From a virus, in the IMG/VR virus record IMGVR_UViG_3300042731_005759, positions 96,001-160,000 of that record: 64,000 nucleotides of DNA; one strand, written 5' to 3'. Position 1 is the first letter of the stretch. Every line of letters starts with the position of its first letter. Positions 62,701 to 64,000 of this stretch are shown here, piece by piece. Both the position numbers and the translations under genes were made by a program. Below the pieces are notes generated by a model. It was not told the origin of the DNA. It made no database searches and saw nothing but the letters and a program-made list of their open reading frames with translations.

Positions 62701-64000
62701 GTACAGGTATAACACTTAGAGATAATGTAACGATGGCAGGTTCATCGACTATCGACATGGGAACTAATACCATTACCGATACCAAAGTTGGTCAATGGGA
62801 TACTGCATATGGTTGGGGGGACCATTCACAAGAAGGGTATTTAACAACTTATAATGATGAATATACCACAGGTGCGACATTTAGTACATCAACGGGAGTC
62901 ATAACCTTTACAAGAAACGATGGTGATACGTTCACAGTTGATATTGACGGTAGATTCTTAACAAGTTACACAGAAACTGATACATTAGCGAATGTTACAT
63001 CGAGAGGTGCAACTACCACTGATAATATTACAACAGGTCATCACACTATTAAATCAGGAAATACCAACAAACAAAGTAGGCATCTCTTGTATATTGGTGG
63101 TGACGGATTAGCATCAGCAGACGCATCTATATATCTTGGTAATGACGGTAATGGTGGTGGATATGGTTGGGAATTATTCTATGAGGGTTCTGGTAGTGGT
63201 AATGCAAATGCATTTATACTGAGAGCCGAAAATTTAGGTACATCTGTCGATACAATGAAGGTACTACAAGATGGTACTGTCACTTTTGTAAATAATATAA
63301 CCACATCAGGTACAATAACCGCTTCGGGAGGTAATTCAGGTAATTGGAACACTGCTTATGGATGGGGAGATCACTCAACAGCGGGTTATCTAACTTCCTT
63401 TAGTGAATCAGATACTTTAGATAGTGTTGTAAGTAGAGGATCATCAACATCAAGTACAGTTTCTGTTGGTAGACTGAATATTGGCTCTACTGCTGATTCG
63501 GATTTCTTAACAGGTAATTCAGAATTATCGGCTAACGGTTATATCATGACTAAGGCGATCGTCAATACAAGTGAGACAGGTACAGGTCCAGCAGCGATCG
63601 TATTTGGTAATGGTTCTACATACGGATCTGATCAAATATCTTTTGTTACTGTGGGTAACACTCGAATGTATATTGATAATAATGGTGTTGATGTCTCAGT
63701 ACAATTAAATATGTCCGCTGATATCGACATGGGAACTAATACCATCACTGATACAAAAGTTGGTCAATGGGACACTGCATATGGATGGGGTGACCATAGT
63801 ACGGCAGGTTATATAAGTTCTTATGTTAATGATATTGATTACATAGATTCGGCAACATTTAACACAGGTACAGGTGTAATAACAGGTACTGGTGTAGGTA
63901 ACGCAGGATTCACGGTCGATATTGATGGTAGATACCTATTAGATTCAACAGATACATTTACTGGGGCACTTACCATTAATGGGGACATCAGAGGTAACGG
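56721..64000 (+). CDS. Giant tail fibre (>2400 aa), 3'-truncated and absent from the ORF track
   Basis: MGQTVKLRRSAVAGKKP...LELGELSVNTTDGKLF is a typical fibre N-terminus. RLDSLETxSGS coiled-coil repeats, HNHD motifs and WxxAYGWGDH repeats follow. The frame was spot-checked at 60000, 62520 and 63960. Confidence 0.85.
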   Translation, partial: MGQTVKLRRSAVAGKKPINSQLELGELSVNTTDGKLFFAKSGSVGPSVQEIITTDTVNTGSIEVSGSLSVTGSITGTQFTGSGLGLTEVPLALSGSDAADVSIDGTFTRIKFDESTGIKISGTTGGDATVFLSGVASDSNTTEGRTAKLTVTGATSTWTLTHNLNERHPVVEVFDSNDEIIIPQKIEATSDNQIVVTFSTPQTGTVTATVGGGLPTIESGYGGRILSVGTDGVATWKTGVLSGSVDLTTLTTTSSFNTYTSSTDDRLDSIETTSGSHSDRLDSLETTSGSQNNRIGSLETISSSHDGRLDSLETKTGSLDSDISTLDGRVDSLETKTGSLDGDISTLDGRVDSLETESGSIRSDFNSYTSSNDSTNTTQNSRISSLETTSGSNISRLGSLETESGSIRGDFNTYTSSNDSTNTSQNNRLNSLETNSGSQATDIGTLQSFQDDVEAGLQFTGSNVTVKGNLLVKGTETKVNSTTVDIGDNIVSLNGTGATNAGIEVRDTESPGVLSGSLIYDTGDNTWKAGIKGSEERILINSDLTTLDGRLDSLETTSGSHGDRIDSIETSTSSLNSFTSSINTTIKNKLNTDGVISGSEQVDHDATTNYSANEHIDHSTITIGSGKGLSGGGTIVTNRSLELNTGSNHFLDGVKSKLNSETVVSGSEQIDITSTTNYNLVDGRLDSIETFTGSIDNTYATDTDVTNLRNTLNTYTSSNDSTNTTQNSRISSLETTSGSHDGRLDSLETKTGSLETTNTTQNSRLSSLETKTGSLDSKNNTQDNRLDSLETKTGSLDSDISTLTNTDEGMREDFNTYTSSNNSVNTTQDNRLNSLETKTGSLDSDISTLDSRVDSLEIKTGSLDSDITTLDGRLDSLETESGSIRTDFNSHTSSINGRVDSVENKIDSLQTESGSIRSDFNSYTSSNDSTNTTQNNKISSLETTSGSHNSRLTNLETFETKVDNGLEFTGSNVTIKGNLLVKGTETRVNSTTVDINDNIISLNGSGAASAGIEVQDVTSPGTLSGSLIWDGSNNYWKAGTKTNEEKILVQSDYTTLDGRLDSLETTSGSHEGRLDSIESQTGSYLTSYNNEYTTGATFNTSNGLITFTRNDGDTFTVDIDGKYAESGHNHDDRYYTETETGNFFDGTTSISGYNKTNWDNAYGWGDHSTVGYITGFTDTNIHTTGATFGTSDGIITFTNNQGDTYTVDIDGRFSLSNHNHDDRYYLETEIDNFFDGTTSISGYNKTNWDNAYGWGDHSTAGYLTSYNNEYTTGATFNTGNGIITFTRNDGDTFSVDLDGKYFEISGGTLSGNITIQQSNPTITLDETDVTARWRLRTSGGSTRFQYASDASTYSDFLTLGATSNTIENNTTFNGTVTASSLIKSGGTSSQFLKADGSVDSNTYLTSHPNISAASSSNNSGRTYIQDLLLDGNGHVTGITTATETVTNTDTNYFTTGATFNTSNGIITFTDNQGDTYTVDIDGRFLTSYTETDPVFTAHAAYGITSTKISNWDTAYGWGDHSTAGYLTSHPSISAASSSNNGGRTYIQDILLDGNGHVTGITTATETVTNTDTNYYVDGLSFDTATGVLTASVNGATNQTVDLDGRYSLSSHNHDSDYVNVSGDTMTGKLTVNSGGALIQNSGSSQSTVLTIEQTADVGSTSDLLIKTAYDRDVGIRLETLGGSHNIWQDSNGDDALIISAGGYNRTNDATAVFKQDHSVQLPNGSLTATSIIKSGGTSSQFLKADGSVDSNTYLTSHPSISAASSSNNSGRTYIQDILVDGNGHVTGITTATETVTNTDEYTTGVTWNGTTAVLTFTRNDGDTYSVTMLETLSDVTVTGGTYTSGTQTLTLTKSDGNTVSVTGFAVDTDVNWYTTGATFNTGNGVITGTHQGGTWTVDIDGRYSLTSHNHDSDYLALSGGTLTGGLNGTTGTFSGKGTFDNLELTSGARHLTITQSSDDWFIYNDQQDNGIVIYNGTGGVEIHYSGSSIADFDSTGITLRDNVTMAGSSTIDMGTNTITDTKVGQWDTAYGWGDHSQEGYLTTYNDEYTTGATFSTSTGVITFTRNDGDTFTVDIDGRFLTSYTETDTLANVTSRGATTTDNITTGHHTIKSGNTNKQSRHLLYIGGDGLASADASIYLGNDGNGGGYGWELFYEGSGSGNANAFILRAENLGTSVDTMKVLQDGTVTFVNNITTSGTITASGGNSGNWNTAYGWGDHSTAGYLTSFSESDTLDSVVSRGSSTSSTVSVGRLNIGSTADSDFLTGNSELSANGYIMTKAIVNTSETGTGPAAIVFGNGSTYGSDQISFVTVGNTRMYIDNNGVDVSVQLNMSADIDMGTNTITDTKVGQWDTAYGWGDHSTAGYISSYVNDIDYIDSATFNTGTGVITGTGVGNAGFTVDIDGRYLLDSTDTFTGALTINGDIRGN
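59990..63930 (+). repeat. Shuffled fibre repeat modules
   Basis: Six AYGWGDH units (about 60201, 60471, 61260, 62806, 63355, 63777), several TTGATF..G.ITFT..DG.T.TVD.DG units, and three SHP.ISAASSSNN.GRTYIQD units. Confidence 0.85.

Noticed and set aside
50097-64000. Diversity-generating retroelement acting on the fibres
   Set aside because: No reverse transcriptase, and the duplicated segments do not show adenine-specific differences.
1-64000. Stop-codon reassignment as in some huge phages
   Set aside because: Genes are intact in code 11, and TAA, TGA and TAG all occur as terminators at tight gene junctions.
1-64000. Cellular (Bacteroidota chromosome) or eukaryotic giant-virus origin
   Set aside because: T4-like replication and recombination genes, tail-fibre genes, bacterial sigma and NusG without operon context, and adhesin-like proteins lacking secretion signals all favour a large bacteriophage. 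No capsid or terminase gene is in the window, so this is not proven.

Overview
This AT-rich, densely coding window lies almost entirely on the + strand and uses the standard genetic code. It is best read as a segment of a large (jumbo or huge) tailed-phage genome, most likely infecting Bacteroidota (Flavobacteria-like). Host evidence is inferred from a Bacteroidota-type ClpP and primary sigma factor, an Hc1-like protein, SprB repeats and the absence of obvious Shine-Dalgarno sites. There are three blocks. (1) 1-27.4 kb: ten consecutive modular, Cys-rich, signal-peptide-less proteins, nine with Pro/Thr/Ser linkers. They carry a shared N-terminal domain, 22 copies of an NCDFD[VI]D[VI]D peptide and varied tip domains (cadherin+SprB, FN3, cupredoxin, beta-helix, BNR propeller, degenerate Hint). 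A tail-collar/baseplate-like gene follows. (2) 27.5-50 kb: replication, recombination and host-takeover genes (RuvC-like, primase, exonuclease, two cytidylyltransferases, SbcD/SbcC, ClpP, sigma, Hc1, PAP2, Dam-like MTase, NusG, AAA ATPase, Trx, Grx), interleaved with probable late lysis and head-internal genes. (3) 50.1-64 kb: four tail-fibre-like genes, the last (>2400 aa) running off the window. The best candidate novel system is the modular scaffold-plus-docking-domain virion appendage array. Notable non-coding signals are a TATTTAT late promoter often exactly 12 nt before the ATG, a promoter-hairpin-terminator unit before primase, three TATATA-centred palindromes before the giant fibre gene, and a probable -1 frameshift at an A10 run. 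All family assignments come from motif recognition by eye; no searches were run.
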